A stretch of 64,000 nucleotides of DNA from Spirochaetia bacterium (GCA_965198005.1 CBDAOI010000004.1:1152001-1216000), one strand, 5' to 3'. Shown: positions 29,572-40,231, counted from the stretch's first letter. Translations and numbers: made by a program. The notes: a model not told the origin generated them from the letters alone.

Positions 29572-31920
29572 TCAGCCGGACCGGTCGGGCGGCGCGGCCA
29601 GCGCGGACAGCGCGGCCAGGACCCGCGGCGGCGTCATCGGCAGCACCGTGAGGCGGGCGCCGGTGGCGTCGCGGATGGCGTTGGCCACCGCCCCGGCGGT
29701 GGCGGTCACCGGCGGCTCGCCCACGCCGCGCGCCCCGTAGATGCCGTGGTCGGAGGGCACTTCGACCAGCACCGGCTCCAGCTCGCGCGCGGCCTGGGTG
29801 ACGTTGGGCACCGCATAGTCCATGAGCGAGCCGGTCAGCAACTGCCCCTCCGCGTCGTACTGCATCCCTTCGTACAGCGCCCAGCCCAGGCCCTGCGTCG
29901 CCCCGCCCATCATCTGGCCGCCCACGGTCAGCGGGTTGATCGCCTTGCCCACGTCCTGCACCACCGCCAGGCGATGGACGGTCACCGTCCCGGTCTCGGC
30001 GTCTACCTCGACCTCGGCGAGTTGCACGCAGAACGCCGGCGAGCGGCCCGCGGGCACGGTGCGTCCGGTGCCGGTCACTGGGACGTAGGGACTGAGGAAC
30101 GCCATCGTCCGGGCCGCGATCTCGGCCAACGCCAGCTCCTTGCCCGGCACTCCCTTCACGCGCACCGCTCCGTCCGCGATCTCGAGGTCGGCCGGATCGG
30201 CCTCGAACTCGCTGGCCGCGACCCGCAGGGTCTGCTCGCGTGCCTGCCGCGCGGCGGCGAACACCGCGGCTCCCACGGTGTAGACGATCTTGCTGCCGCC
30301 GGAGGCGCCTGAGTAGTAGCCGCCGTCGCTGTCGGCGCTGATCACCCGCACCGCCGACGGGTCGACGCCGAACGCCTCGGCCGCGATCAGGGCGAACGAG
30401 GTGGTAGTGCCGGTGAGGTCGATCGAGCCCACGTGGACGTGCAGCGTGCCGTCGCGGTGCAGGGTGCAGGCGGCGGTGGCCCCTTCGACGCCGCCCAGCC
30501 AGCCGCCCATCGCCACCCCGACGCCGCGCCCCGCCCGGCGCACGGCCTCCCGGTCGCGCCAGATCGGATGCGCGCGCGCCGCTTCGAGGGTCGGGCGCAG
30601 GCCGATGTTGGGCCACGGCTTGCCGTCGGCCATCGGGTCGCCGGTGCGGGACGCGTTGCGCAGGCGCAACTCGAGCGGGTCGAGCGCCAGCGCCCGCGCC
30701 AGGTCGTCCAGCGTGCTTTCCAGCGCGAACACCTGCTGCGGCATGCCCGGCGCGCGGTAGGCGCCGGTGGAGGGCTTGTGGGTCAGCACCGCGGCGGCGC
30801 GCAGGTCGAGGTTCGCGCACTGGTACAGGCTGCCGGCCATCAGCGCCGCCATGGAGTGGGGGGTGGTCGGGAAGCAGCCGCAGTCGAAGGTGAAGTCGCC
30901 GGTGATCGCGGTCAGGGTGCCGTCGGCGGCGGCGCCGACCTTGAGCGAGATGCGCGCGGCGGGGGCGGGGATCGCCGCCAGCATCTCCTCCTGGCGGGTC
31001 AGCACCAGGCGCAACGGGGCGCCGACGGCGCGCGCCGCGAGCGCCACCAGCGGCTCGTAGAGCATGAACTTGGCGCCGAAGCCGCCGCCCACCGGCATCG
31101 GCTTGACGTGCACGTCGGATTCGGCCAGCTCCAGCACCGCGGCCACCTCCCGGCGCACCGCGAACTGGGCCTGGGTGCAGGTCCGGACCGTCACCTCGCC
31201 GGGCGGCGCGGCGGGGTCCACCACCGTGGCATGCGGCTCGAGGTAGCTCTGATGCACCATCGACGTGTCGTAGCTGCGCTCCACCACCACGTGGGCGGCG
31301 GCCAGCGCCGCCTCCGGGTCGCCGCGCCGCAGCCGGTTGACGCCGCTCAGGTTGCTGAGCGGCGCGGCCTGCCGCTCGCCGGACACCGCGGCGCCGTGGG
31401 CCGCGGCCTCGTCATCGTCGCCGGGCACCCCGTCCGGCCACACCCGCGGCGCGCCCGCCGCCAGCGCCTGGTCAATGGTCGCGGCCGCGGGCAGCGGTTC
31501 ACAGGCCAGGGTCACCGCGGGCGCGGCGTCGGCCGCGGCCTCCTCCGACTCGGCGATCACCAGCGCGACCGGCTGGCCGACGAAGATCACGCGGTCGCGC
31601 GCCAGCAGCAGGCGGGCGCGGCTGACCGGGGCCAGCGCCGGCAGATCGGCGGCCGTGAGCACCCGCACCACGCCGGGCAGCGCCGCCGCGGCCGCGGTGT
31701 CGACGCCGGTGAGGCGCGCGTGCGCGTGCGGACTGGTCACCAGCCGCGCGTGCAGCAGGCCGGGGTAGGGGAGGTCGGCGGTGTACCGCAGGGTGCCCGT
31801 GACCCGCGCGCGGCCGTCGATGAGCCGGTGCGGCCGGCCGACGTGTTTACCGCCATGGATTCTCGGATCGACGGAGTTTCTCTCCAACAGGTCGGTCTCG
31901 TTCACGGCAATTCCGACCAC
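29572..31920 (-). CDS. Xanthine dehydrogenase-family molybdopterin-binding subunit (CoxL-like)
   Basis: SPHAHA, HQSYLEP, GGGFGAK, GAYRAPG, DVGKAINP, GARGVGE; start approximate. Confidence 0.9.
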   Translation of the reverse strand: MVGIAVNETDLLERNSVDPRIHGGKHVGRPHRLIDGRARVTGTLRYTADLPYPGLLHARLVTSPHAHARLTGVDTAAAAALPGVVRVLTAADLPALAPVSRARLLLARDRVIFVGQPVALVIAESEEAAADAAPAVTLACEPLPAAATIDQALAAGAPRVWPDGVPGDDDEAAAHGAAVSGERQAAPLSNLSGVNRLRRGDPEAALAAAHVVVERSYDTSMVHQSYLEPHATVVDPAAPPGEVTVRTCTQAQFAVRREVAAVLELAESDVHVKPMPVGGGFGAKFMLYEPLVALAARAVGAPLRLVLTRQEEMLAAIPAPAARISLKVGAAADGTLTAITGDFTFDCGCFPTTPHSMAALMAGSLYQCANLDLRAAAVLTHKPSTGAYRAPGMPQQVFALESTLDDLARALALDPLELRLRNASRTGDPMADGKPWPNIGLRPTLEAARAHPIWRDREAVRRAGRGVGVAMGGWLGGVEGATAACTLHRDGTLHVHVGSIDLTGTTTSFALIAAEAFGVDPSAVRVISADSDGGYYSGASGGSKIVYTVGAAVFAAARQAREQTLRVAASEFEADPADLEIADGAVRVKGVPGKELALAEIAARTMAFLSPYVPVTGTGRTVPAGRSPAFCVQLAEVEVDAETGTVTVHRLAVVQDVGKAINPLTVGGQMMGGATQGLGWALYEGMQYDAEGQLLTGSLMDYAVPNVTQAARELEPVLVEVPSDHGIYGARGVGEPPVTATAGAVANAIRDATGARLTVLPMTPPRVLAALSALAAPPDRSG

Positions 31921-31981
31921 CGATTCTCGACCGGCGCAGGACGCGTGTCAATGCCGCGCATGCAAGAGCGGAACGGACGGC

Positions 31982-32377
31982 TTACCGGATTTGGGAGGAC
32001 GCGGCAGGAGAGAGTTCGATCCCGGTCCGGAGAGCGCTGGCAGCCAGGGGAATGGTTCCGGCGGCCAGCTCCTGCTCGGTGTACACGAAGAGGTCGACCC
32101 CTACCCCGATATCGGAGAAGTAATCGCGAAACTGGCCGGCACGATCGATGAACGGCGTCTCGGAGTCTCGCACCACCACCAGGATATCCGCATCGCTCGA
32201 CGGAAGGGCGCGGTCGGAGGCTACCGAACCGAACAGGACAACCCGGACTACCGCTTCATGGTCGCGGGTCAGATTCCTCGCCGCCCGCCTGATCCGGCTC
32301 TTCAGCAGGCTCCGGTCCAGCCAGAACACCTTCACAAAACCGTAGGATTGCTTCTGAATGACCGATCGCTCGGCCAT
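31982..32377 (-). CDS. Minimal nucleotidyltransferase (MNT) domain protein
   Basis: VVLFGSVA..SDADILVV..VDLFVYT. Confidence 0.85.
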   Translation of the reverse strand: MAERSVIQKQSYGFVKVFWLDRSLLKSRIRRAARNLTRDHEAVVRVVLFGSVASDRALPSSDADILVVVRDSETPFIDRAGQFRDYFSDIGVGVDLFVYTEQELAAGTIPLAASALRTGIELSPAASSQIR

Positions 32378-32492
32378 AGCTTATCATACGTGCCCTTCCG
32401 GCCACCGTCGCCCCGTGCTATGGCCGCCGCGATGCCAATGATGCGGCCGGCGGCCGATTGACCGGCGGCGGGGGGGCGCATAGGGTAGGGGG

Positions 32493-33019
32493 GTGTCCGA
32501 CCCGGCCCCGATCCCGATTTCAGTTACCGTGAACGGCCGCCGCTACCAGCGCGCCGTGGCGCCGCGCACGCTGCTGGTGCACTTCCTGCGCGACGCGCTG
32601 GGCCTTACCGGCACCCACGTGGGATGCGAGACCAGCCTGTGCGGCGCCTGCACCGTGCTGGTCGACGGCGCGGTCACCAAGTCGTGCACGCGGTTGGCGG
32701 TGCAGACCGACGGCTGTGCGGTGACCACGATCGAAGGCGTGCCACCGACGGCTGTGCGGTGACCACGATCGAAGGCGTGGCCCGCAACGGCGTGCTGCAC
32801 GCGGTGCAGGAAGAGCTGTGGCGCCACCACGGCCTGCAGTGCGGGTACTGCACGCCCGGCATGGTGATGGCGGCGCTGGGGCTGCTGGCGCGCGCGCCGC
32901 GGCCGGACGCGGCCGCGGTCCGGGCGGGGCTGAAGGGCAACCTGTGCCGCTGCACCGGCTACCAGAGCATCGTGCAGGCGGTAACCGCGGCGGCGGCCGC
33001 AACCGCGGCGGACGCCTGA
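32493..33019 (+). pseudogene. CoxS-like 2Fe-2S subunit, frameshifted by a 38-bp tandem duplication
   Basis: [12 protein letters not shown] and QCGYCTPG..NLCRCTGY lie in different frames; duplicated unit at 32706 and 32744. Confidence 0.85.
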
Positions 33020-33918
33020 TGCATCCGGCGCCGTTCGCCTACGTGCGGGTGGACAGCGTGGCCGAGGCGCTGGCAGCCCTGGCCGATCGCCCCGACGCCC
33101 GGCTGCTGGCCGGCGGCCACAGCCTGCTGCCGGCGTTGAAGCTGCGCCTGGCGCAGCCGGCGACGCTGATCGACATCGGCCGCGTGGCCGAGCTGACCGG
33201 CATCGCCGCCGGGGATGAGCGCCTCCGCATCGGCGCGCTGGCCACCCACGACCGGATCGCCCGGGCGCCGGAGGTGGCGAGCGCCGCCACCGCGCTGGCC
33301 GAGGCGTGCGCGCAGGTCGGCGATCCCGCGGTGCGCAACTGGGGCACGCTGGGCGGCAACGTGGCCCACGCCGACCCCGCCTCCGACCCGCCGGCGGCGC
33401 TGGCGGCGCTGGGCGCCACGCTGGAGTTGACGTCCCGCAACGGCGTCCGCCGCGTCCTGGCGGCGGAGTTCTTCGTCGATCTGTTTCTCACGCAGCTCGG
33501 GGCGGACGAGATCATCACCGCGATCGAGCTGCCGGCCGGTGGCGCGGCCGCGGGAACCGGCGCTGCGGTCGGGTCGGCCTACGTCAAGCAGCCGCACCCG
33601 GCGTCGGGCTACGCCGTGTGCGGGGCGGCGGCGGTGGTCAGGCTGGACCAGGCGGGCAGGTGCGGCGCGGCCCGGCTGGCCATCGGCGGCGCCGCCGCGG
33701 CGCCGGTGACCGCCGATCTCCCGGCCCTGGCGGGCGCCGCGCCGGACCGGCTGCAGCCGGGGCTGGTCGGCGACGTGCTGGCCGCGCTCAGGATCGACGA
33801 TCCCCTGGAGGATGCGTACGCTCCCGGCTCATACCGGGTCCACCTAGCGCGCGTGCTTGGCCGCCGCGCCCTGCTCCGGGCCGCCGCCCGCGCCGCTCCG
33901 CCGCCCGCCTCGGCGTAG
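33019..33918 (+). CDS. CoxM-like FAD-binding subunit
   Basis: LAGGHSLLP, VRNWGTLGGNVAHADPASD. Confidence 0.92.
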   Translation: MHPAPFAYVRVDSVAEALAALADRPDARLLAGGHSLLPALKLRLAQPATLIDIGRVAELTGIAAGDERLRIGALATHDRIARAPEVASAATALAEACAQVGDPAVRNWGTLGGNVAHADPASDPPAALAALGATLELTSRNGVRRVLAAEFFVDLFLTQLGADEIITAIELPAGGAAAGTGAAVGSAYVKQPHPASGYAVCGAAAVVRLDQAGRCGAARLAIGGAAAAPVTADLPALAGAAPDRLQPGLVGDVLAALRIDDPLEDAYAPGSYRVHLARVLGRRALLRAAARAAPPPASA

Positions 33919-33985
33919 CGCGCAGGCTGACTGGCCGCCGCCCGCGCTGGCCGCGCCGGCCGGGAACGGCCGGGATCAGCCGGGA

Positions 33986-34528
33986 TCAGATCGCGCCGAA
34001 CTGGTCGTAGCTCTCCTCGAGCGTGAACGAGCGGGTGCGGCCGCCGCGCGGGGCGTGGGCGATGCCGTTGTAGCCGCCAGCGTAGAACAACAGCGGCTTG
34101 CCGCCGCTCAGGCCGCCGCCGACGATCGCCCCGACCACGATCTCGTGATCGCCGCCGGCATGGCGGCTGTGCACGGTGCAGTCCAGGTAGCCGAGACAGT
34201 CCGCCAGAATCGGCGCGCCGCTGTCCCCGGTCACGAGCTCGAGACCGCGGTAGTCCTTGGGACCGGGCGTGGCGAAGCGCTGCGACAGCGCCTCCTGGTC
34301 GGCCCGCAGGAGATTGATCGCGAACGCCGGCGTGGCGCTCAGTTGCTGCCGCATCCGGTTGCGCAGGTCGATCGCGAACAGCACCAGCGGCGGTTCCAGC
34401 GACAGCGAGGTGATCGAGTTGGCGGTCATTACGTGCATGCTGCCGCCTGCGGCGCCGGTGGTGATCACCGCCACGCCGGTGGCGAAGTGTCCCATGATGC
34501 GGCGCTGCAGAGTGGTATCGATTGCCAT
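33986..34528 (-). CDS. Flavin reductase family protein
   Basis: GHFATGVAVIT, SLSLEPPLV, GGDHEIVVG. Confidence 0.92.
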   Translation of the reverse strand: MAIDTTLQRRIMGHFATGVAVITTGAAGGSMHVMTANSITSLSLEPPLVLFAIDLRNRMRQQLSATPAFAINLLRADQEALSQRFATPGPKDYRGLELVTGDSGAPILADCLGYLDCTVHSRHAGGDHEIVVGAIVGGGLSGGKPLLFYAGGYNGIAHAPRGGRTRSFTLEESYDQFGAI

Positions 34529-34571
34529 TCGGTCGTCTGTGGCGTGTGTGGTGTCTGTGGCGTCCGGCCGG

Positions 34572-35648
34572 CTACGACCGGGCCACGGCGGGAACCACTT
34601 CGCCGGCCAGCAGCTCCAGCGACCGCCGCCAGCGCGCGCGGTGGTCCCAATCGTGGGCGATCATCAGCAACGTCCCGAACCCGCCGGTGGTCTTCTGCAG
34701 TGCGCGCAGGCGGTCGATGCAGGTCTGCACGCTGCCGATGATACACAGCTTGCGCATCACGTACTCGACCGTGATCTCGGCATCGGGCTGCTCGGGGTAT
34801 TCCTTCATCACGTAGAGCACGTTGCCGGCCTCCAGGATCCTGATCAGATACTCGAGCGCGCCCGCGAACGATCCGCCGCGGGCATGCTCCCAGGCCGCCG
34901 CATCGGACTCCGCCACCAGGATGCTGCGCGAGATCCGCCACAGGCGGCGGTCGGGAGCGGGGCGCCCGGCTTCGGCCGCGCCCCGGCAGTAGGTCTCCCA
35001 GTGGGCGGCCAGGGTGGATTCGGGCACCAGGTTGATGCTGAGCGGCAGGAACCCGCGCTTGCCGGCGGTGCGCGCCGCCAGCGAGGCGGCCTTGATCACG
35101 CTCATCCCGATCGGCGGATGCGGCTGCTGATAGGGCTTGAGCAGCGTGCCGATGCCCAACTCGGGATCGGGCTCGCCGGCGTGGACGTGCCAGAACTTGC
35201 CGCGAAAGTCGAACGGCGGGTCGGTGCGCCACAGCTTCATCACCAGATCCATCCCCTCCAGCGTCATCAGGCCCTGCGTCTTGCCGTCCGGCAGGTCGAA
35301 CAGCGGCCAGTCACTGGGCACGCCGCTCTGGCCGAACCCGACGTTGATGCGGCCGCGCGACAGATGGTCGAGAAACGCCAGCCGCACCGCCACGTTCACC
35401 GGGTGGTCGTGGGGAATGATCGACACTCCGGTGCCCAGACGGATCGTGCTGGTGCGGGGCAGCAGGGTGGCGATGAACAGGTCGTTGGCGGGAATCGGCT
35501 CCCATGCCACCGAGTGGTGCTGCCCGATCCAGGCCTCGGTGAAGCCCAGCGACTCGGCCAGCACCACCTGCTCGATGTCCTCGTCGAAGCATTGCGTGCG
35601 GTCCTTGGCCGGCGGGTGCAGCGGCATCATGAACATCCCGAGCTTCAT
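34572..35648 (-). CDS. Luciferase-like (LLM) flavin-dependent monooxygenase
   Basis: MKLGMFMMPLHP, AWIGQHH, IRLGTGV, LDHLSRGR, PYQQPHPP. Confidence 0.9.
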   Translation of the reverse strand: MKLGMFMMPLHPPAKDRTQCFDEDIEQVVLAESLGFTEAWIGQHHSVAWEPIPANDLFIATLLPRTSTIRLGTGVSIIPHDHPVNVAVRLAFLDHLSRGRINVGFGQSGVPSDWPLFDLPDGKTQGLMTLEGMDLVMKLWRTDPPFDFRGKFWHVHAGEPDPELGIGTLLKPYQQPHPPIGMSVIKAASLAARTAGKRGFLPLSINLVPESTLAAHWETYCRGAAEAGRPAPDRRLWRISRSILVAESDAAAWEHARGGSFAGALEYLIRILEAGNVLYVMKEYPEQPDAEITVEYVMRKLCIIGSVQTCIDRLRALQKTTGGFGTLLMIAHDWDHRARWRRSLELLAGEVVPAVARS

Positions 35649-35750
35649 CGCGGCCCAATATACCTCCGCGCTTCCGGTGTTTACACGGCGGCCGGAATTT
35701 GGTATGTATTGACCGCGTGTGCGGCCCCGGCGGCGTGGGTCTCCGCACGG

Positions 35751-35823
35751 TCCCCTGTAGCTCAGTTGGTAGAGCGGGTGGCTGTTAACCACTAGGTCGG
35801 CAGTTCGAGTCTGTCCGGGGGAG
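35751..35823 (+). tRNA. tRNA-Asn (GTT), CCA not encoded
   Basis: TCCCCTG/CGGGGGA acceptor stem, GTAGCTCAGTTGGTAGAGC D-arm, GTGG-CTGTTAA-CCAC anticodon arm, GTTCGAGT T-loop. Confidence 0.96.
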
Positions 35824-36116
35824 CAAGCTCCGATAATCGTCTGAACGTGAACATCGGGCCGTGGCGGCAACGAAGGCGTGCCGCTTGACAAGTGGTTCGG
35901 CAGCTTCCACGACGGGTCGCCGGCGGCGCACGCGGCGATGCGCGCCCGCAAGCGCAAACTCGGCAACCGCGGGGCACCGGCCGCCATCGACGGGTAGGGC
36001 CGCTGCCGCCACGGACGCCGCTGAGAGAGTCGCGCCCCAAAACAAGCTGGCGCCAATTACGTAAGGGTTACTCAGCATGCCCACCAAGTCACCCCGACTC
36101 AGAGGAGGCACTCGCG

Positions 36117-36335
36117 ATGAAGTGCAGTATTGACGGATGTCCCGGCACGTACGAATCAGAGAGAGTAGTGCATACGGTACGGCACGCTGGTCAACTGGTG
36201 GTCATTGCCCACGTCCCTGCTGACGTCTGTTCCGTATGTGGAGATGTGCTTCTGAAACCGGACACGGTACGCAGGATCGAATTACTGCTTGACGAGCAAC
36301 AAGAGCCCACCACGACCGTACCTCTTTACGAATAA
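36117..36335 (+). CDS. YgiT-type zinc-finger protein
   Basis: MKCSIDGC..VPADVCSVCGD; GGAGG Shine-Dalgarno. Confidence 0.85.
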   Translation: MKCSIDGCPGTYESERVVHTVRHAGQLVVIAHVPADVCSVCGDVLLKPDTVRRIELLLDEQQEPTTTVPLYE

Positions 36336-37013
36336 GCCTGACCGGGCCCCTGATCTTCTCCACACGAATCCTCCTGCGTGCCATGCTGCTCCCTCCTGTA
36401 CGGATTTGGGGGGAGCGTAGCGGAGGATCGGCCGACCCCGTCCGGAAATCAACCTCCAAGTGGCTTTTTTCCGCCGGACGGGTGGCTTTTTATTTGGGGA
36501 TTATATACCAAGGTACCCACGGGCTCCGACGGGTAGCCGGCCCGCTCCGGGCGGAAATCGAACTCTGCCTGTCCGCCGCCTGCGGCCTTCAATGAGGCCT
36601 CGGCCCCCAATGCTTCGGTGGCCGGAGAACCGCCTGTAGCAGCTGCTCCACCGGCACGTTGAGCGGTTTCCAGAGATCAGGGTCCCTGGGCGGACGCCCC
36701 GGCCCGCGCTTTTCCCCGCTCTCGTCCTTACCCTTCTTCTTCCCTCGTCCCATCTCAGCCTCCTCCGGCCAGCCCCGTTACGGTTTCGAGGATTCTGGTG
36801 ACACTTGCGGTCCAAGCCGTCGAGCCGGACGTTGATCCCGGATACGTCCTGCCGCAGGTTCTCCTGCCCCTCCGCGAGGCGGAGCAGAAGGCCGTCGCGT
36901 TCATTATCCGTCATGTCTCCCCCCTCATAATGGTGTCGCACTCGATATAGTATACCACCCCGGCAGGATAGCGCAAACCGGGGGGAGGTAGGGGAAGGGT
37001 AAGTAATTACGTG

Positions 37014-37304
37014 CTAATCACTTGGCGGCGGGGGCGCAGGCGGCCCATGATGGCTCCGTATCGCGTCGATAACCTCGCGCGGCCAGACTCGCTCCACCGG
37101 GCGGTTCCGGGAGAGCCCCAGATGGTAGGCTGCGTCCTTGTAGTCGTAGTACCCGTAGTGTTGCGCCAGCCGGGTAGCTTCCTTGCGCTTCAGCATCGTG
37201 TTGATCGCACCCCGATGCAGACGACTCCCAGTAGGTTCAGGAACAATATGAACAGGATAATAAACACGGCTATCCACCTCGTTGCTCGACCTCGGCAGGT
37301 GCAT
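37014..37304 (-). CDS. Hypothetical protein
   Basis: 96-aa ORF inside the cargo element; no motif recognised. Confidence 0.35.
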   Translation of the reverse strand: MHLPRSSNEVDSRVYYPVHIVPEPTGSRLHRGAINTMLKRKEATRLAQHYGYYDYKDAAYHLGLSRNRPVERVWPREVIDAIRSHHGPPAPPPPSD

Positions 37305-37352
37305 TCTCTCCGCCCCGTTATAGGGTATTATACCATATCGAGTGAGATATAG

Positions 37353-39174
37353 CCCTAAATAAGCGATTCGCTCTGAATGGGTTGAAAAAGATCCTCCTAA
37401 GTGCTCTAATGGGAAGTATCTAAACCGATCCGGTCAAGCACCGAGGAGGATCCAAATAGATGCAGTCACCAGACTACCACACCGATGACGATGCTGGTCA
37501 ACCCCAATTCACGAATCCACGAATAGAAGTGACCGAGCACGGCGGCGCTCCGCTGCTGAGCTGGTCAGGGATCGCCATCATACAGCAGCTCATGGAACAC
37601 CTTGGGGTCGCAGGTGCGCTCGATGCTGGGGTCCGGGTGTTGCGCCGTTGCAAGTGGTACACGGAGTCGGATCACATTCTTACCGTGATCTACAACATGC
37701 TTACGGGAGGGAGCCGGCTGAGCGACATCAACCGGCTCCGGGAGGACCCGGGAGTACAGCGAGTGTTGGGCACGGAGCGGATTCCGCATGCGACCACAGT
37801 AGGCGACTTCCTGGCGCGCTTCGGAGAGGAACGGAATAAGGTAGCGCTCAGTGAGTTACGCGAGGTGGGTGAGGCCTTGCAGCAGGATGAGTTCGCGCTG
37901 CTACCACGGGAGCGGCGCGCGATGGCGACCATCGATATGGACTCATCGATCCATGAGGTGTATGGGAAGAAGAAGGAAGGGGCGGACTATGCGTACGACA
38001 ATACGTGGAGCTACAACGCCTTGTACGGGACGCTGGCAGAGACCGGGGACGTGCTCTATATTGGGCTGAGGGAAGGCTGCCGGTACACCAGCTACGGCAC
38101 CAAGGAAGTGCTACCGGGAATCATCGACCGGGTGGGCGACCATTTTCGGGCAGTGCGGATGCGCGGTGACAGCGGCTTCTACGACCAAGAGATTGTGAAG
38201 GTCTGCGAGGCTCGGGGAGTGGAGTTCTTCATCGTCGTCAAGAAGCATGAGAATGTGATGAAGGCGGTGCATGGGATCCCGGAACAGGCATGGAATCCAT
38301 TTCAGCCCAATCAATTAACCAGAGGGGGCCGTAGCGGCCGCCGGCGTAGGCGGCGGGAGAACCTGAAGCGCAAGATCAGCATAGCACGCCGGCCCAGAAG
38401 CACGTTCAAAGGCCAACCCGAGATCGCGACCATCATGTTTCAACCTGAGACCTGGAGCAAGCCGTACCGGTTGGTGATCAAGCGGACGCCGATCATCGAC
38501 AAGGATGACCAGCAATTGTACTTGGACGATGGCATGAGGAAGTACGTCTACTGGATCGTAGTGACCAACTCGACGCGCAGCAACACGGCGGTGCTGCGGA
38601 TCGCGCAGGGTCGGGGCAACCAAGAGAATCTCATTAAGGACTTCAAGCATGGGTTGGGACTGTCCCATATCCCCACCGGCTCCCTGGCCGCGAACCAAGC
38701 TTACTTTCTGATCGCAGCCCTGGCCTGGAATCTGAAGACGTGGATGCTGAATCTGCTTGAGCTTGGCGATGGAGCGGTGCTGCGCTTCAAGCGCTTTCTG
38801 TATCTGTGGATCTGCCAAGCGAGGATCGTGGCAAAGACGGGGCGGGGCAGCGTGCTGCTCAAGCTGCCTGCGGGAGAATACTACCAGAGGTTTGGCAGCG
38901 CGCTTGGCCGGCTGGCTGCGCTCCGGATCTAGCTCGGCGTCGGCTGCTCGGTGATCCGAGTTACAGGGAGCAGTATGCCCGGAAACTACCACAGAGGGTC
39001 AATTTGGCCGCCGAACAGCCGCATGAACCTGTTCATCCCCAGGCGCCAGACAATTTCGCCGACGGATGCTGTCCGAGCCACGCTCGCCACACCGATGAGC
39101 GCGCAAAAACTGCCGCAAAATGACGATTTTGTTCACTCCCGCATACGATCCACCATCTTATCGCTTATTTTGCG
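37353..39174 (+). mobile_element. IS1380-family insertion sequence
   Basis: TIRs CCCTAAATAAGCGAT / CGCAAAATAAGCGAT (rc); ATATAG flanks both ends. Confidence 0.85.
37460..38932 (+). CDS. IS1380 DDE transposase
   Basis: TIDMDSS, RGDSGFY, RGNQENLIKDFK, LAWNL. Confidence 0.9.
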   Translation: MQSPDYHTDDDAGQPQFTNPRIEVTEHGGAPLLSWSGIAIIQQLMEHLGVAGALDAGVRVLRRCKWYTESDHILTVIYNMLTGGSRLSDINRLREDPGVQRVLGTERIPHATTVGDFLARFGEERNKVALSELREVGEALQQDEFALLPRERRAMATIDMDSSIHEVYGKKKEGADYAYDNTWSYNALYGTLAETGDVLYIGLREGCRYTSYGTKEVLPGIIDRVGDHFRAVRMRGDSGFYDQEIVKVCEARGVEFFIVVKKHENVMKAVHGIPEQAWNPFQPNQLTRGGRSGRRRRRRENLKRKISIARRPRSTFKGQPEIATIMFQPETWSKPYRLVIKRTPIIDKDDQQLYLDDGMRKYVYWIVVTNSTRSNTAVLRIAQGRGNQENLIKDFKHGLGLSHIPTGSLAANQAYFLIAALAWNLKTWMLNLLELGDGAVLRFKRFLYLWICQARIVAKTGRGSVLLKLPAGEYYQRFGSALGRLAALRI

Positions 39175-39236
39175 ATATAGTCTACCCCATCCCCCCCTTG
39201 AAGGAGGGGGGGATGGGTCACAAGGAGGCATGGAAC

Positions 39237-40031
39237 ATGGCAGATATTCAAGAGAGTGCTCAGTCGGAGAGCGCTCAGCGACGCAGACGGCGGCGCGTCT
39301 GGGCCGTAGTCGGAATCCCGGTCGGTGCATTTATTGCGTATCTTTTCATATACGCAGCTATTAACCCGAAACCCGATCCGATCAGCTTGTCGGCTAAGGT
39401 CAGAATTATAGGCCAGTTGCTGGTTGTGTACAATGACGACGACGCCTACTGGACGCCAGTCCATTTCACAATCAATAACGAGTACCGCTACACCCATGAC
39501 ATGCTTGCCGCTACAGGCGAGATAGATATTCCGTTGCATGACTTCGTTACTGATGAGGGGGTACGATTCAACCCGCAGACACATCAGATATTAAATCTGA
39601 GCATCGTTGCCCTGGATGCTTCGTACGAAGATGGCAAGCAGGTAGGCAGCTGGTATTATTCCAGAGACGGCATAAATGATGGCTTTATAGATGATCTATA
39701 CGCATGGTATGAGGGAGGCACCTTACATGAGGTTGACGGGGATACTTGGCTTTGGGCTCCACGGATAGACAAGCTCGCCACCGCAGCTGATTGGGCGGCT
39801 ACTTGGGGATGGATTAAAGCAGGCAACGAGGAGCCGCTTACCGCCGCCCAGTTCATCTCCATGATGCTTATAGCCGAAGGGAAAGGGGGCGAAGCTCATG
39901 CGCTTCGAATTCTTCTCCAAGGCGCAACCGATCTCGTTGCGTGCCTTGATACGGCGTATTCGCCGGATGGCGAGGGCGCACCCTTATCCAATGTGGTCGC
40001 CGGAAGGTGTTTGAAGATGATGGATCCGTAA
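39237..40031 (+). CDS. Hypothetical membrane-anchored protein (cargo)
   Basis: Poly-Arg then a TM segment (VWAVVGIPVGAFIAYLFIYAAI); AAGGAGG upstream; lower GC. Confidence 0.7.
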   Translation: MADIQESAQSESAQRRRRRRVWAVVGIPVGAFIAYLFIYAAINPKPDPISLSAKVRIIGQLLVVYNDDDAYWTPVHFTINNEYRYTHDMLAATGEIDIPLHDFVTDEGVRFNPQTHQILNLSIVALDASYEDGKQVGSWYYSRDGINDGFIDDLYAWYEGGTLHEVDGDTWLWAPRIDKLATAADWAATWGWIKAGNEEPLTAAQFISMMLIAEGKGGEAHALRILLQGATDLVACLDTAYSPDGEGAPLSNVVAGRCLKMMDP

Positions 40032-40231
40032 TGAGTAAGGCAGGACTAACCTACCCGTCGGAGCCCGTGGGTACCTTGGTATATAATTCCCTTTTATTTG
40101 GGGATTATACAATCTTACCCATAGCTGGGTAACGGGCAGATTACGCCATTTCGTACCACTGCCCACTGCCAGGCATCCTCGAACGCGACCCACCTGACGC
40201 CAATCGCCAGAGGTTCAGACGATTCACGCGG

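Larger units (their letters stand above)
36496..40091. mobile_element. Non-autonomous IS1595-type cargo element with nested IS1380
   Basis: 41-bp TIRs (40/41 identical) at 36496-36536 and 40051-40091; TTTTATTT duplicated at 36488-36495 and 40092-40099. Confidence 0.85.

Noticed and set aside
29572-33918. True aerobic CO dehydrogenase
   Set aside because: Active-site loop is AYRAPG, not AYxCSFR; substrate unknown
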